A DNA stretch of 64,000 nt from the IMG/VR virus record IMGVR_UViG_3300045988_166199, positions 9,605 to 73,604 of that record, one strand, 5' to 3'. Position 1 is the stretch's first letter. Each line of letters begins with the position of its first letter. The position numbers and the translations under genes are program-made. The stretch is from a virus (taxonomy: Duplodnaviria; Heunggongvirae; Uroviricota; Caudoviricetes). The notes below the pieces were generated by a model. It saw only the letters and a program-made list of their open reading frames with translations. It was not told the origin of the DNA and did not search any database. Below are positions 29,636 through 39,587 of the stretch, piece by piece.

Positions 29636-30466
29636 ATGAAGAAAGGTTTACTTGCAGTTGCTCTGGCGGCTATTTGCACAATGGGTCTTACTGGCTGTGA
29701 TCGCGTGGAGCCTGGATACGTTGGCATCAAAGTAAACAAATTAGGTGAAGACAAAGGGATTGGTGAAGTGGTTGGCGTTGGTCGCCAATGGACAGGTCTT
29801 AACACCGAACTTTACGTATTCCCGACCTTCAAACAAATGAAGACCTACGACGAGCCGTTCACATTCCAGATGAGTGACGGTACTGCTATTGGTCACAAAA
29901 TTGGCGTTGCGTATCTGGTTAATCGTGACAAGGTAACGACGGTGTTCCAGACCTATCGCAAAGGCGTAGACGATATCACCGAATCAGATCTGCGTCAGAA
30001 AATTGCCGACTCTCTAAACCGTTTGGCCAGCCGTATGACCACCGACTCATTTATCGACGGTGGTAAGGCACAATTGCTGGACAACGCACTGAAAGATATT
30101 CAGAAAGAGATGTCTCCGGTTGGTATTGAGGTACTGAGCCTGTCATGGGTTGGAAAGCCTGATTACCCAAAAACCGTCATTGAATCTATCAACGCCAAAG
30201 TAACGGCTAACCAGCGTACTCTGCAACGTCAGCAGGAAGTTGAACAGCGTAAAGCTGAGGCGAATATGCTACGTGAACAGGCTAATGGTGAAGCTGATGC
30301 TATCCGTGCTCGTGCGCAAGCAGAAGCCGACGCCATTCGTCTGCGCGGTGAAGCTCTGCGTCAAAACCCGAACGTTATGGAGCTGGAAGCCATCAATAAA
30401 TGGAATGGCCAGTTACCGCAGTACATGACTCAAGGGGCTAACACTCCTTTCATTACAGTGAAATAA
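29636..30466 (+). CDS. SPFH/band-7 (stomatin/prohibitin-like) domain lipoprotein
   Basis: Lipobox LTGC; band-7 core; C-terminal coiled-coil with QRQQEVEQRKAEA...EADAIRARAQAEADAIR repeats. Confidence 0.7.
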   Translation: MKKGLLAVALAAICTMGLTGCDRVEPGYVGIKVNKLGEDKGIGEVVGVGRQWTGLNTELYVFPTFKQMKTYDEPFTFQMSDGTAIGHKIGVAYLVNRDKVTTVFQTYRKGVDDITESDLRQKIADSLNRLASRMTTDSFIDGGKAQLLDNALKDIQKEMSPVGIEVLSLSWVGKPDYPKTVIESINAKVTANQRTLQRQQEVEQRKAEANMLREQANGEADAIRARAQAEADAIRLRGEALRQNPNVMELEAINKWNGQLPQYMTQGANTPFITVK

Positions 30467-30482
30467 CTCCCCTTAAAAGTTC

Positions 30483-30508
30483 AGGCGTCCAGTTGGACGC
30501 CTTTTTTA
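30483..30508 (+). terminator. rho-independent terminator (GGCGTCC stem family)
   Basis: aggcgtcc agtt ggacgcct tttttat. Confidence 0.75.
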
Positions 30509-30557
30509 TCGCAATTATCTTATTAAGAAAACAATTTGTTTAAAGGGTTAAGAAAAT

Positions 30558-30983
30558 ATGACAGCTATTAAGAAACTCTACGATGCCGCAAACGCGGCTC
30601 TGGATGTTATTGATGATGAAGTATCAAAAGGCTTTCCTGAACCTGATTGGGCGCATCAGCTACGAAACGCTATCGCCGAAATGAATCCACCAGATCCGAC
30701 CACCGAGGAGACAGACTGGCAGCGATTCATCCGTATGTACGCTCAGGAAATAGGTCCAACGCCAACGGCAGAGCAGGCAATGCTGCTGAAATACTTCAAA
30801 GAGGCGGGAGAGGATTTACCAATTGATGACTCAGCATATTGGTTCCACTGCGCATGGCGTAAGTATGACGTGATATTCACACAAGGCATGGGAAGCAAAG
30901 ATATGGTTGTGTGGCATCTACTCCATATAGACACAGCCGTTGACAGAGTTATTGAACAGTTTTTCCCTAAACAAGAAGATTGA
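30558..30983 (+). CDS. hypothetical protein (141 aa)
   Basis: ORF preceded by AAAACAATTTGTTTAAA palindrome and RBS. Confidence 0.5.
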   Translation: MTAIKKLYDAANAALDVIDDEVSKGFPEPDWAHQLRNAIAEMNPPDPTTEETDWQRFIRMYAQEIGPTPTAEQAMLLKYFKEAGEDLPIDDSAYWFHCAWRKYDVIFTQGMGSKDMVVWHLLHIDTAVDRVIEQFFPKQED

Positions 30984-31038
30984 TCGCCTATTCATAACTA
31001 ACAAAATAAGTAAACACTAACCACAAAAGGAAAAACAC

Positions 31039-31314
31039 ATGAGAGTTTTAGTTCGAATCGTTACCAGCACTGTCTATGACGTGTTTCCGCTTTTTATGGT
31101 CAAAGCCGATGGCCTTAACGACGAAGAAACTGACGCGCTGATCCAGCGTATTCTCGTTGAATATACAGGTCATGACGCTGATTCAGTGATGGTTGATGAT
31201 GATGGTGTTTGTTGGCATAACGGCAACTGTTGGTACGTAGAAGAGACTCAACAAATCAGTGATGAAGATGCCGAACATCTTGAGCGTATTTTAAGCATCA
31301 GCACTTTTGAGTGA
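31039..31314 (+). CDS. hypothetical protein (91 aa)
   Basis: ORF with AAAGGAAAAACACATG start context. Confidence 0.45.
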   Translation: MRVLVRIVTSTVYDVFPLFMVKADGLNDEETDALIQRILVEYTGHDADSVMVDDDGVCWHNGNCWYVEETQQISDEDAEHLERILSISTFE

Positions 31315-31353
31315 GTTTACAGTAAAATTTATATAAGTTAGTATCTACCTATC

Positions 31354-31533
31354 ATGAAGATTTTTATTGAATACTTGTTACTCATCGTTTCAATAGCTTT
31401 TGTCATCGACTGCATTTTCACTGGTGTCATTCGTAAAGTCTTTTCCCCGGTGCACGACGTAGTCATAAACGCTTTGGCTATCGTGCTCGTATTTAATTCA
31501 GCATTTGATGTAATCAAAGAGGTGGCAGCATGA
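31354..31533 (+). CDS. small membrane protein (59 aa, below ORF-track cutoff)
   Basis: MKIFIEYLLLIVSIAFVIDCIFTG...; stop overlaps next start. Confidence 0.3.
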   Translation: MKIFIEYLLLIVSIAFVIDCIFTGVIRKVFSPVHDVVINALAIVLVFNSAFDVIKEVAA

Positions 31534-31865
31534 AGGCCATCCCATTCGCGCTGTTGTTCCTTTCTTCGATCGTTGTGGCCGACACCACTGTTTATCAGTG
31601 TGAAATGTCTGTAGCCGACGTTAAGAATGGCGCTCTTACCGACGTCATAAAAGCACCATATGGAGCGATGGTCGTAGACAGCGGCGACCAGTTCTATGTT
31701 GTGCGTGACGATCGAGTGTTGTCATCCCCATATCTCACAAATCGTAATGGCAAATTAACCGGCGTCGGAGAAGACCACTTCGTATACAACAAATACAAGG
31801 GCTTCTATGGCGTTCACGCTTCTCAGCAAAGCTACCTTTTCGATGACTGCAAGGAGGTTGGATAA
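31530..31865 (+). CDS. secreted hypothetical protein (111 aa)
   Basis: N-terminal signal peptide MKAIPFALLFLSSIVVA. Confidence 0.5.
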   Translation: MKAIPFALLFLSSIVVADTTVYQCEMSVADVKNGALTDVIKAPYGAMVVDSGDQFYVVRDDRVLSSPYLTNRNGKLTGVGEDHFVYNKYKGFYGVHASQQSYLFDDCKEVG

Positions 31866-32120
31866 TGGCATTAACACTGGCAGGTCTGGAAATCGAGAAA
31901 ACAAGCGGCTACTGGCGTGCTAAGGGTTCAAGCAGCCTGGCATTCTTGAGCGTCTGGAACGTGAAGATGGGTATATCGTCCACCAGCGGCGTGAATGGCG
32001 TATGTACGATCCAGAAACAGGAAAACTGACTACAAAAGCCGGAACACTTTGGGGTCTGTTGAAGAAAATACACTAAATGCAAACTGACTGCGGCACGTTC
32101 CGCAGTCATATTTCATAGTC

Positions 32121-32657
32121 GTCACCGCTGACAGCATACACAATCAACTGCCGCTGATAGCATATCGAGAGTCTATCTCACCGCTCACAGCATACTTTAC
32201 TCGATTTTTTACCGCTGACAGCATACTTAAGACATTGCATGAATAATGTGTACCGGTATGGGTATAACCAGAACAAAATTACCGCTGGCAGCATACGAAG
32301 GTCTGACATATGCCATTAATTACCGCTGATAGCATATCCAAACAAAAATTCCTCAATAAAACACCGCTGACAGCATACGTTCTATCAGGGGGCAGCAGGC
32401 AATAAATACCTTTCACTACAAGTAATCAACGCAATGGGAATAGAATGTTAGTGAGCGCAAACCTATATGGAATGCACTCTTCGAGGTTAGTAACCACTGG
32501 GGAGGTTTAAAAGAGCATTGAGTGGTGATAGATGATTTACCGCTCACAGCATACGTTTATCTCACTATACCGCTGGTAGCATATCTTTAACCGTTCACAG
32601 CATACTTTTCAGAAAAATAGCCGCTGATAGCATACATTTCACCGCTGACAGCATATC
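32121..32657. repeat. iteron array downstream of rep (about 12 copies of ACCGCTGACAGCATAC-like 16-19 bp repeat in two clusters; incA-like)
   Basis: Copies start near 32124, 32151, 32180, 32211, 32281, 32322, 32363, 32539, 32569, 32590, 32620, 32641. Confidence 0.85.
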
Positions 32658-33750
32658 AAAGTAGTTTGAGACTATTGGAAAGGATCTCAATCATCTTGAT
32701 ATTTTCAGGCGTCAAATTCTGCGAAAGTTCGGTTATCTTATTGATAATGTTCTGTTTGGCATCAATTTCCCCGGCTTTCTCATCTAGTTTTTTGGGTTCG
32801 ATGTCTTCAGGTTTTGGCGGTGCGACTTTGAGTTTTGGATTGCGGCTGTGAATCTGGATATAGATCGACCGCCCTCGCTTAATCTCGCTGTATTCGAGAT
32901 AACCCAAATCTTGGAGAGCTTTTAAGCCGTTGCGTATAGTCTGATTCTGCGAGCTGACATTCCTGCTACTCAAATTGAGTCGCGCACGCAATCGAGCAAG
33001 CGATACCGGCGCAGGCTTGGTTGGAAGACTTTCGATGAAGGTGTACAGAGCCTGTGCTGTTTCTTTGCGTGGTAGCTTATTGATAACCTTTAACTGCAAA
33101 AGAACCTTATGGTCAAAGCGATATAGTTCGGCCAGCTTCGGTTCTGCATAGAACACCACCGTATCTTTCTGCTCGTTGTAGTCCACGCTATTGATGAGGT
33201 GCACCATCAGAAGCGAGATCTTGTTAGAGCCGTCGACGTTCTTTTCTTCATACGTTCTCTGGAAAGACAGAGTTGTACGCATGATCTTCAAAAGACTGTT
33301 TGTAAGCCGGTCGCGGAGTGTTTTGCGGATCTGTGACGATGGATAGCCACAAAACTTCGCAAATTTCGTGATGCTTAACTCGACACGACCGTTAGGTTCG
33401 CCGTATTCTGCCAGCGAACGCACAACGCCCACCCACGTTTTGAAATCATGATCCATGTCCAGGCGAGGACCGGTTATCTTGATATCGGAATAGCCTTCAG
33501 AACGGGCTACTTCGAGCTGGACAAGCTCCTTTGAAGCATCGATCTCATTTGGCTTGTTACGTTTACTGTATTTTGTTCCCTTAAGCGTGGGGACGAACAA
33601 CCCCAGTCGCATCAACGCAATTGGTTGGACTGTATTGTTGCTATTAGGGACAAGTTCCCCTGTGTACAATTCAAGGGAACCTTCTTCAAAGTTGTCGAGA
33701 TTATCTTCTACTTCTTTGTTATTTTTACCTTTTTTATTTTTTGTGGACAT
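32656..33750 (-). CDS. plasmid-type replication initiator (RepA-like, iteron-binding)
   Basis: Gene flanked on both sides by iterons; start placed at internal Met MSTKNKKGK (RBS aaggtg); basic N-terminus; ORF track extends to 33870 across the upstream iterons. Confidence 0.75.
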   Translation of the reverse strand: MSTKNKKGKNNKEVEDNLDNFEEGSLELYTGELVPNSNNTVQPIALMRLGLFVPTLKGTKYSKRNKPNEIDASKELVQLEVARSEGYSDIKITGPRLDMDHDFKTWVGVVRSLAEYGEPNGRVELSITKFAKFCGYPSSQIRKTLRDRLTNSLLKIMRTTLSFQRTYEEKNVDGSNKISLLMVHLINSVDYNEQKDTVVFYAEPKLAELYRFDHKVLLQLKVINKLPRKETAQALYTFIESLPTKPAPVSLARLRARLNLSSRNVSSQNQTIRNGLKALQDLGYLEYSEIKRGRSIYIQIHSRNPKLKVAPPKPEDIEPKKLDEKAGEIDAKQNIINKITELSQNLTPENIKMIEILSNSLKLL

Positions 33751-33770
33751 GTGGACACCTTTGTCATTCA

Positions 33771-33872
33771 ACCGCTGACAGCATACTTGATTTGCCGCTG
33801 GCAGCATACCAAAAACAGTTGGTAGCATACGGCGAACCGTTGACAGACTATCAATTACCGCTGGCAGCATAC
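33771..33872. repeat. origin-proximal iterons (3 good and 2 degenerate copies)
   Basis: accgctgacagcatac (33771), gccgctggcagcatac (33794), accgctggcagcatac (33857), plus degenerate copies. Confidence 0.8.
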
Positions 33873-33911
33873 ATGAACATGGCTTCAGACCAGTCGTGGC
33901 GCGGCTTACAG

Positions 33912-33984
33912 CGATCGGGGATCTTATTTGATCTATACAAGGATCTATCTATGGATCTCTTTATTAGGATCTATCCTGTGGATA
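33912..33984. promoter_or_regulatory. origin-like region: six GATC sites (GGATCT heptamer repeats) plus DnaA-box-like tgtggatat
   Basis: GATC at 33912, 33919, 33929, 33941, 33953, 33967; atatccaca (reverse strand) one mismatch from TTATCCACA; arrangement resembles P1 oriR. Confidence 0.6.
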
Positions 33985-34071
33985 TGTGAATAATTAAAAC
34001 AGGCATTTACTACCTTCGGCGCACCTGGTGGGTTATCGTTGCCTCGGCTAACAATCACAGAAAAATGACAT

Positions 34072-34716
34072 ATGGATCTAAAACGCACGCGCTGGGTTCG
34101 TCGTCTTGAAGACGGCTCCTACACTATTGAATCAAATTCCAACCTGAATAAGCAGAAGTTGCTTTGTGACATCTGCGGTATAGCGGCGAAGTGCCCGATC
34201 TACGAAACCAGAATTAAACTTGATAAGGCTGGTGTGAATTTTCATTTAAACAGTTGCATCAGGTACGTTCCATTGCTCGCATTTCGTAAACCGATCATCG
34301 GATTGGATGCTCCCTACTTCAACACACTCCGTTCAGGTGTGACGTGGCGAGATCGTTTATCACCAGACAAGCTGATTTGCCTCGTATCCGCAGACACAGG
34401 GAAAATCATCCGTTTTGGGAAAGTAGACAAGGTTTACTCAGGCCCAGTAGACGAAATGTTGCGGAAACACAGCCGGTTTAATCATCTCTGTATGGGTGGT
34501 GAGAAAATCGAGAAGGTAGAAGAAGTGATCCGCAAATCCTACGGACACTTTCTGACCAAAGATAGCCTGCTCACCGCAATCTACATCAGACATGTAAAAC
34601 GTGAGTTCGACCTCGAATACCACAGTGAAGAAGAGCTTAACCTTGTTGACCCACGTCCAAAAGCTGGCGTCATAAGCATAAATGCAGCGCGTAAAAAGCC
34701 CACTGACGCGCTGTAA
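34072..34716 (+). CDS. hypothetical protein (214 aa)
   Basis: ORF next to origin; Cys-containing N-terminus; no motif recognised. Confidence 0.5.
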   Translation: MDLKRTRWVRRLEDGSYTIESNSNLNKQKLLCDICGIAAKCPIYETRIKLDKAGVNFHLNSCIRYVPLLAFRKPIIGLDAPYFNTLRSGVTWRDRLSPDKLICLVSADTGKIIRFGKVDKVYSGPVDEMLRKHSRFNHLCMGGEKIEKVEEVIRKSYGHFLTKDSLLTAIYIRHVKREFDLEYHSEEELNLVDPRPKAGVISINAARKKPTDAL

Positions 34717-34970
34717 CCCTCCAGATCGTATATTGGCGTAGATAGAATCTACGCCCCCTCAAAATAGCTCTCATAGCGTTCTACAGTGATCCTGTCTTAT
34801 TTTTAGTCATACAGACAAGCAAAGTTGCGCCACGATAAATAGGTATATACTTACTTATAAATTTTGTATATTAAGGCGCTCGTTTCATTCCTAACATACC
34901 GTTATGCATAGTTGTTTACCTCCTCATTGCTCTTAGAATTTGTATCAAAATAACCACAAAGGAAAAACAC

Positions 34971-36056
34971 ATGACTTTGCCATACGGCGTCATTTCTGAC
35001 TGCCACTACCACAAATGGGATGCGTTCTCCACGACGAACGCTGAGGGGCTTAACTCCAGACTTGAAATACAGTTGGAAGCAACGAAAGAAGCAGCCATCG
35101 CCATGAAGAAGGCCGGTTGTAAGTACATGTTGGTTGCCGGTGATACATTTCACGTCCGAGGAACTGTGTCCCCTTCTGTTTTGCATTACGTAACTGAAAC
35201 GTACAAGTGGATTATCAACGAGCTTGATCTGACAGTAGTAATGCTGGCCGGTAATCACGATCTTGAAACCAACGATTCAGTATATAGCGCCAACGCAGCA
35301 GCATCGCTGAGTTCTATCGGCGTGGTAATCGTATGTGGCAAGCGCCCACACTCAATAAAAATTGGTGATGTGACTGTCCACCTGATTAGCTGGCGTAACA
35401 ATCATGCGGAGCTTATCAGCGATCTGAAAGCATTACGTAAGAGCGTAGAAGGTGATAATCATGACGTTGTTATCCATACATCCATTAACAAAGCCATTCC
35501 AACAATGCCTGACGTCGGTATCGATGCGCAGGAGTTAAAGGATATCGGCTTTCGTCTCGTGCTTAGTGGGCATTACCACAACCACAAAGAGGTCATTCCT
35601 GGAGTTATCAGTGTCGGTGCACTGACTCATCAAAATTGGGGAGATGTTGGATCTCTGGCTGGCTACATGATCGTAAACCCGGACGGCAGTTTCAGTCACT
35701 ACGAAACCAGTGCGCCTAAATTCATTAACCTGGAAGATGATGTTGCTGATGACCAAATTCGCGGCAACTACGTGCGTTTCCGCGCCGTAATTGAGAACGA
35801 TGAAGAAGGCATTAAGTACCAGAACATCCTCAAAACAATCGGTGCAAAAGGTGTCGTGTGCAACTTCATCCGTAAGTCATCAATGATGGAAGGTACAGCC
35901 AGCACAACTGAAACCAGCAAAATCGATAGCCTGGGAGAGTCGGTATCTGCTTATTGCAAGATTGTCCACGATACTGACGGCGGATTTGATCTGAGCAAAT
36001 TGGATATTTTGTGTCAGGAAATCCTCACCGAAGCGGAGAGTTCGGAGGCTGTGTGA
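34971..36056 (+). CDS. SbcD/Mre11-like nuclease (T4 gp47-like, calcineurin-type phosphoesterase)
   Basis: Phosphoesterase motifs DCHYH, VAGDTFH, LAGNHD. Confidence 0.8.
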   Translation: MTLPYGVISDCHYHKWDAFSTTNAEGLNSRLEIQLEATKEAAIAMKKAGCKYMLVAGDTFHVRGTVSPSVLHYVTETYKWIINELDLTVVMLAGNHDLETNDSVYSANAAASLSSIGVVIVCGKRPHSIKIGDVTVHLISWRNNHAELISDLKALRKSVEGDNHDVVIHTSINKAIPTMPDVGIDAQELKDIGFRLVLSGHYHNHKEVIPGVISVGALTHQNWGDVGSLAGYMIVNPDGSFSHYETSAPKFINLEDDVADDQIRGNYVRFRAVIENDEEGIKYQNILKTIGAKGVVCNFIRKSSMMEGTASTTETSKIDSLGESVSAYCKIVHDTDGGFDLSKLDILCQEILTEAESSEAV

Positions 36057-36285
36057 AGCAAAGTCGTTATGGGAGCTTTCGAGACTTTGCCATCACGATG
36101 AAAAGACTTGAACGAGGCCAGACGGTGATGTTTCACAAGCCCTACCCGCCACAAGGAAATCCCGTAGCGTTTTATCTTGGAAGGTTAACAAGAAAAGGCG
36201 TATTGAGGCGCAGATCCTTCCCGGCGCATACGGAGTTCAGATTGAAAGAAGGTCAAAAGCTAACACACGGTATCAAAGGTGTTAT

Positions 36286-38202
36286 ATGAAGTTTTTAAAG
36301 CTCCAGGTTGAGAATTTTATGGCTATCGCCAGCGCGGAGGTCGAGTTAGATCAGCGTGGTTTAGTGCTTATTCAGGGTGTTAATAGTGATGATAGTTCCG
36401 CATCAAGTAATGGCTCTGGAAAGTCAACTCTAATGAATAGCCTGATGTGGTGTCTTTATGGCGAAACAGCTCATGGTGTGAAGGGTGACGATGTGTTGTC
36501 TACCGACCATGAAAAGAACTGTCGTGTTGCAGTAACCATCGAGGATGAAGGCAAGAGATACGCAATCATTCGTCACCGTAAACACAAAGAGTTCAAAAAT
36601 CGTCTTATCGTTCGTGGTGAAGATGGCGATATGACGAAAGGCAAAGATGCGCTGACGCAGGAGTTCGTCGAGCGTCTGATCGGTGCATCTAAAGAGGTTT
36701 TCATGGCTTCCATCTATGCGAGCCAAGAAGCTATGCCAGATTTACCTGGAATGTCCGACAAAAACCTCAAAACCATCGTAGAAGAAGCCGCTGGCGTTGA
36801 CAGACTGACACGCGCCTACGCTATTGCTCGTGAGCGAGCTAATGCAGCTGCCGCACGTATGGATGTGGTTAAAACCAAATTGGAGTCGACAATCTCGACC
36901 ATTGAGGCAACACAGTCAGAAATTGAGTCAGCGAAAGCCTCCTCTGAATCATGGGAGCAAGAGCGTTCTAAACGTTATGACGATGCCCTGGCTGGGCTGG
37001 CCAGTGCCGAAGTTGAGTTAACGGAAGTTGAACTTGAGATCCGCACTCTTCCCGAACAGATACGTGATACCGAGAAGGCAATCGAAAGTGAGCGCAAAAA
37101 GTTAGCCTCAAAAGAAGAACATGACGCCAAGTTGCTCAAAGTTCGTGGTGCGATAACTGATATTCGGGCAAGCATCAAAGCTACAGAAAATAGTCAGGCT
37201 GATGCAATGAACCGCGCGCGTAATTTTAAGACCAAAGCAGAAGAGGTTGGTACTAAAGTGGGATCACCATGCCCTACTTGTGGCAAAGCCTACTGCGAAG
37301 AAGATCTATCAACGGTGAAGGAGAATTTCATTGAACAAGCACGTCAGGAAATTGGTCAGGCAAAGACACTTGCAGAGGCAATGGCTAAACACAAAACGAA
37401 TCTTGAGAAAGCGTTAAGCATTGAGTCTGCCCTTGTTAAAACGACACCTGATGTAACGGCTATCATTGCCCGGATTGAAGAGCTTACGAAACAACTCTCA
37501 TCTTTGCGTCATCGTGAGAAGGAGGTTGTTGCTATTGAGTCTCTTGTGACTCGTGCTCGTACTGAGGTCGATCGTATATCAAAAGAGATTAATCCGTTTA
37601 TTGCTCTTATCGCCAGACACGAAGATAACTTGGTATCCAGTAAGTCTACCTTCAAGTCCTTAAAAGATGAGTTGAAGGCTATTCAGGAACAAACGTTGCT
37701 ATTGGAAAAAGCTCGTCAGGTCTACTCTCCTGCCGGGGTGCGTTCTCATATTTTGACGTCTGTTACGCCTTTCCTGAATACACGCACTGCCGAGTATCTC
37801 AATACGTTGTCTGACGGGAATATTACTGCTGAGTGGTCGACGATGGATGTCACTAAAAAAGGTGAGTATCGCGACAAATTCAACATTAGTGTGCAGAAGA
37901 AAGGTTCAAGTAAGTCGTTCCAGACCCTCTCTGGTGGTGAGAAGCGGAAGGTTCGCATTGCGTGTTCTTTGGCATTGCAGGATCTGGTTAGTAACCGGGC
38001 GAGTAAAAACATCGATTTGTTTATCGGCGACGAAATTGACGATGCACTCGATACAGCCGGTCTTGAACGCCTCATGGGTATTCTGGAGTCCAAAGCTCGC
38101 GAGCGAGGTACTGTGCTGATTATCTCCCATAAAGAGATGAAGTCATGGTTCCGGGAAACTATTACGCTGGAAGTTAAAGAGGGGCGCAGCTATGTCGTTT
38201 AA
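36286..38202 (+). CDS. SbcC/Rad50-like ATPase (T4 gp46-like)
   Basis: Walker A GSGKST, central coiled coil with CPTCGK zinc hook, signature LSGGEKRKV, Walker B LFIGDEIDDALD. Confidence 0.85.
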   Translation: MKFLKLQVENFMAIASAEVELDQRGLVLIQGVNSDDSSASSNGSGKSTLMNSLMWCLYGETAHGVKGDDVLSTDHEKNCRVAVTIEDEGKRYAIIRHRKHKEFKNRLIVRGEDGDMTKGKDALTQEFVERLIGASKEVFMASIYASQEAMPDLPGMSDKNLKTIVEEAAGVDRLTRAYAIARERANAAAARMDVVKTKLESTISTIEATQSEIESAKASSESWEQERSKRYDDALAGLASAEVELTEVELEIRTLPEQIRDTEKAIESERKKLASKEEHDAKLLKVRGAITDIRASIKATENSQADAMNRARNFKTKAEEVGTKVGSPCPTCGKAYCEEDLSTVKENFIEQARQEIGQAKTLAEAMAKHKTNLEKALSIESALVKTTPDVTAIIARIEELTKQLSSLRHREKEVVAIESLVTRARTEVDRISKEINPFIALIARHEDNLVSSKSTFKSLKDELKAIQEQTLLLEKARQVYSPAGVRSHILTSVTPFLNTRTAEYLNTLSDGNITAEWSTMDVTKKGEYRDKFNISVQKKGSSKSFQTLSGGEKRKVRIACSLALQDLVSNRASKNIDLFIGDEIDDALDTAGLERLMGILESKARERGTVLIISHKEMKSWFRETITLEVKEGRSYVV

Positions 38203-38935
38203 ATTAAGCCGCTCGCAGTTTTTGCAGGTATTTGCAGTGATGCAGTCGATAAAACTGATCAATGGGCATACTTCCAATGGTGCGGCTCCACGTATTCTGT
38301 GGGGCAGCAACAATATTGACGGAGTACAATTCGCCGCGTTGCTTGGTCTAATATCCGAGACGCCATTGATGCAAAGTTTGAAATCACTACCACCTGGATG
38401 TATTGCGCCGATCCTGATTAATCCTTTTGTTGAGGGGGGATATCTTCCCAACGTCGGGCCTGGGTTTATTGCATCCCATGAAACTGAAGATCTTAACATT
38501 AATAGCGAAGGGTTCTTTGGGGGAATGGGTGCGCATCACTGTATGGCTTTCACGAACCTTATTCGACTTGCCAATAAGCGGGTGGATAGTTTGGCATCGC
38601 CAGGTGATGCTTTTACTGGTTTCCTTATCCAAAGGAGGGATAAAAAGTACAGTGCGGACAAACTACAGTTTGTTGGTAAGTATGGAGAAATGGTAGAAAT
38701 CGAACTTCAGCTCCCTCATGTTTTAGCAAACGATAGTGCAGACAGTCGGAGGCTGTTGGGCATCATGCGTCATTTCATAGCAAGTGGTGTTAAACATGCC
38801 GCAGATAAACGTGTCACGCAGGAAAATGAGTATTCAGACTTTGCAAACTATCCCCAACCAACGTTGCAAACGGCAATAGTAGCCAATTCGTTGGAGGCGA
38901 GATTATTGGAAAACCCTATATGGGGAACATGGTAA
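38192..38935 (+). CDS. hypothetical protein (247 aa)
   Basis: ORF overlapping SbcC-like stop; no motif recognised. Confidence 0.5.
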   Translation: MSFKLSRSQFLQVFAVMQSIKLINGHTSNGAAPRILWGSNNIDGVQFAALLGLISETPLMQSLKSLPPGCIAPILINPFVEGGYLPNVGPGFIASHETEDLNINSEGFFGGMGAHHCMAFTNLIRLANKRVDSLASPGDAFTGFLIQRRDKKYSADKLQFVGKYGEMVEIELQLPHVLANDSADSRRLLGIMRHFIASGVKHAADKRVTQENEYSDFANYPQPTLQTAIVANSLEARLLENPIWGTW

Positions 38936-38944
38936 GGAGACTAT

Positions 38945-39514
38945 ATGAGTAAAAAAATCAGCGTAGTTGGTGTTGATCCCTCAATGAGCAACTTTGGGCT
39001 TGCTGTGGGCACTTTAGACCTTGAGACGGACGAACTTGAGATTCACGGCCTTACTCTTGTTGAGACTAAAGCGGGGAGTAACAAAAAGACCGTTCGTGTG
39101 AACAGTGACGATCTGCGCCGCGCCAGTGAAATATGGCGTGTTGCGAAGCCAATCATTGATAAGGCAAATATGGTTTTTTGTGAGCTACCGGTTGGGAGCC
39201 AAAACTCTCGTTCGCAGACGTCTTACGGTATTTGTATCGGTGTACTTGCGTGTGTGGATAAGCCATTGATCCAGGTTACTCCAAACGAAATCAAGCATTT
39301 TGTCGGCAATAAACTTACTACATCGAAAGAAGAGATTATCCAGTGGGCTACGAAAAAACACCCTAAAGCACCGTGGCTGCGTCGTAAGCAATCTGGACAG
39401 GATGTTCTCGTGAACAAAAACGAACATTTGGCTGATGCGGTGGCTGCCATCCATACCGGTATGCAAACAGATCAGTTCCGCCAGGTGCGCGATGTTCTTA
39501 AGTCTCTCATTTGA
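38945..39514 (+). CDS. RuvC-like Holliday junction resolvase
   Basis: N-terminal VVGVDPS...G.AVG, acidic residue in CELPVGS, C-terminal HLADAVAAIH, consistent with RuvC fold. Confidence 0.6.
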   Translation: MSKKISVVGVDPSMSNFGLAVGTLDLETDELEIHGLTLVETKAGSNKKTVRVNSDDLRRASEIWRVAKPIIDKANMVFCELPVGSQNSRSQTSYGICIGVLACVDKPLIQVTPNEIKHFVGNKLTTSKEEIIQWATKKHPKAPWLRRKQSGQDVLVNKNEHLADAVAAIHTGMQTDQFRQVRDVLKSLI

Positions 39515-39548
39515 TTTCATTGATAGGTAAGTGCTTATCTATTAACAT

Positions 39549-39580
39549 GGGCCACTATATTTAGTGGCCCTCTTTATTTG
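39549..39580 (+). terminator. hairpin terminator
   Basis: gggccacta tattt agtggccc tctttattt. Confidence 0.6.
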
Positions 39581-39587
39581 GTGATAC

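Noticed and set aside
32121-32657. Regularly repeated 16-19-bp sequence that could be mistaken for a CRISPR array
   Set aside because: Repeats are short, imperfect and irregularly spaced (21-70 bp), flank a RepA-like gene on both sides, and no cas genes or leader are present; they are plasmid iterons.
36011-36289. 92-aa ORF bridging the SbcD-like and SbcC-like genes
   Set aside because: Overlaps the 3' end of the SbcD-like gene in another frame and ends exactly at the SbcC-like start; more likely a frame artefact than a gene.
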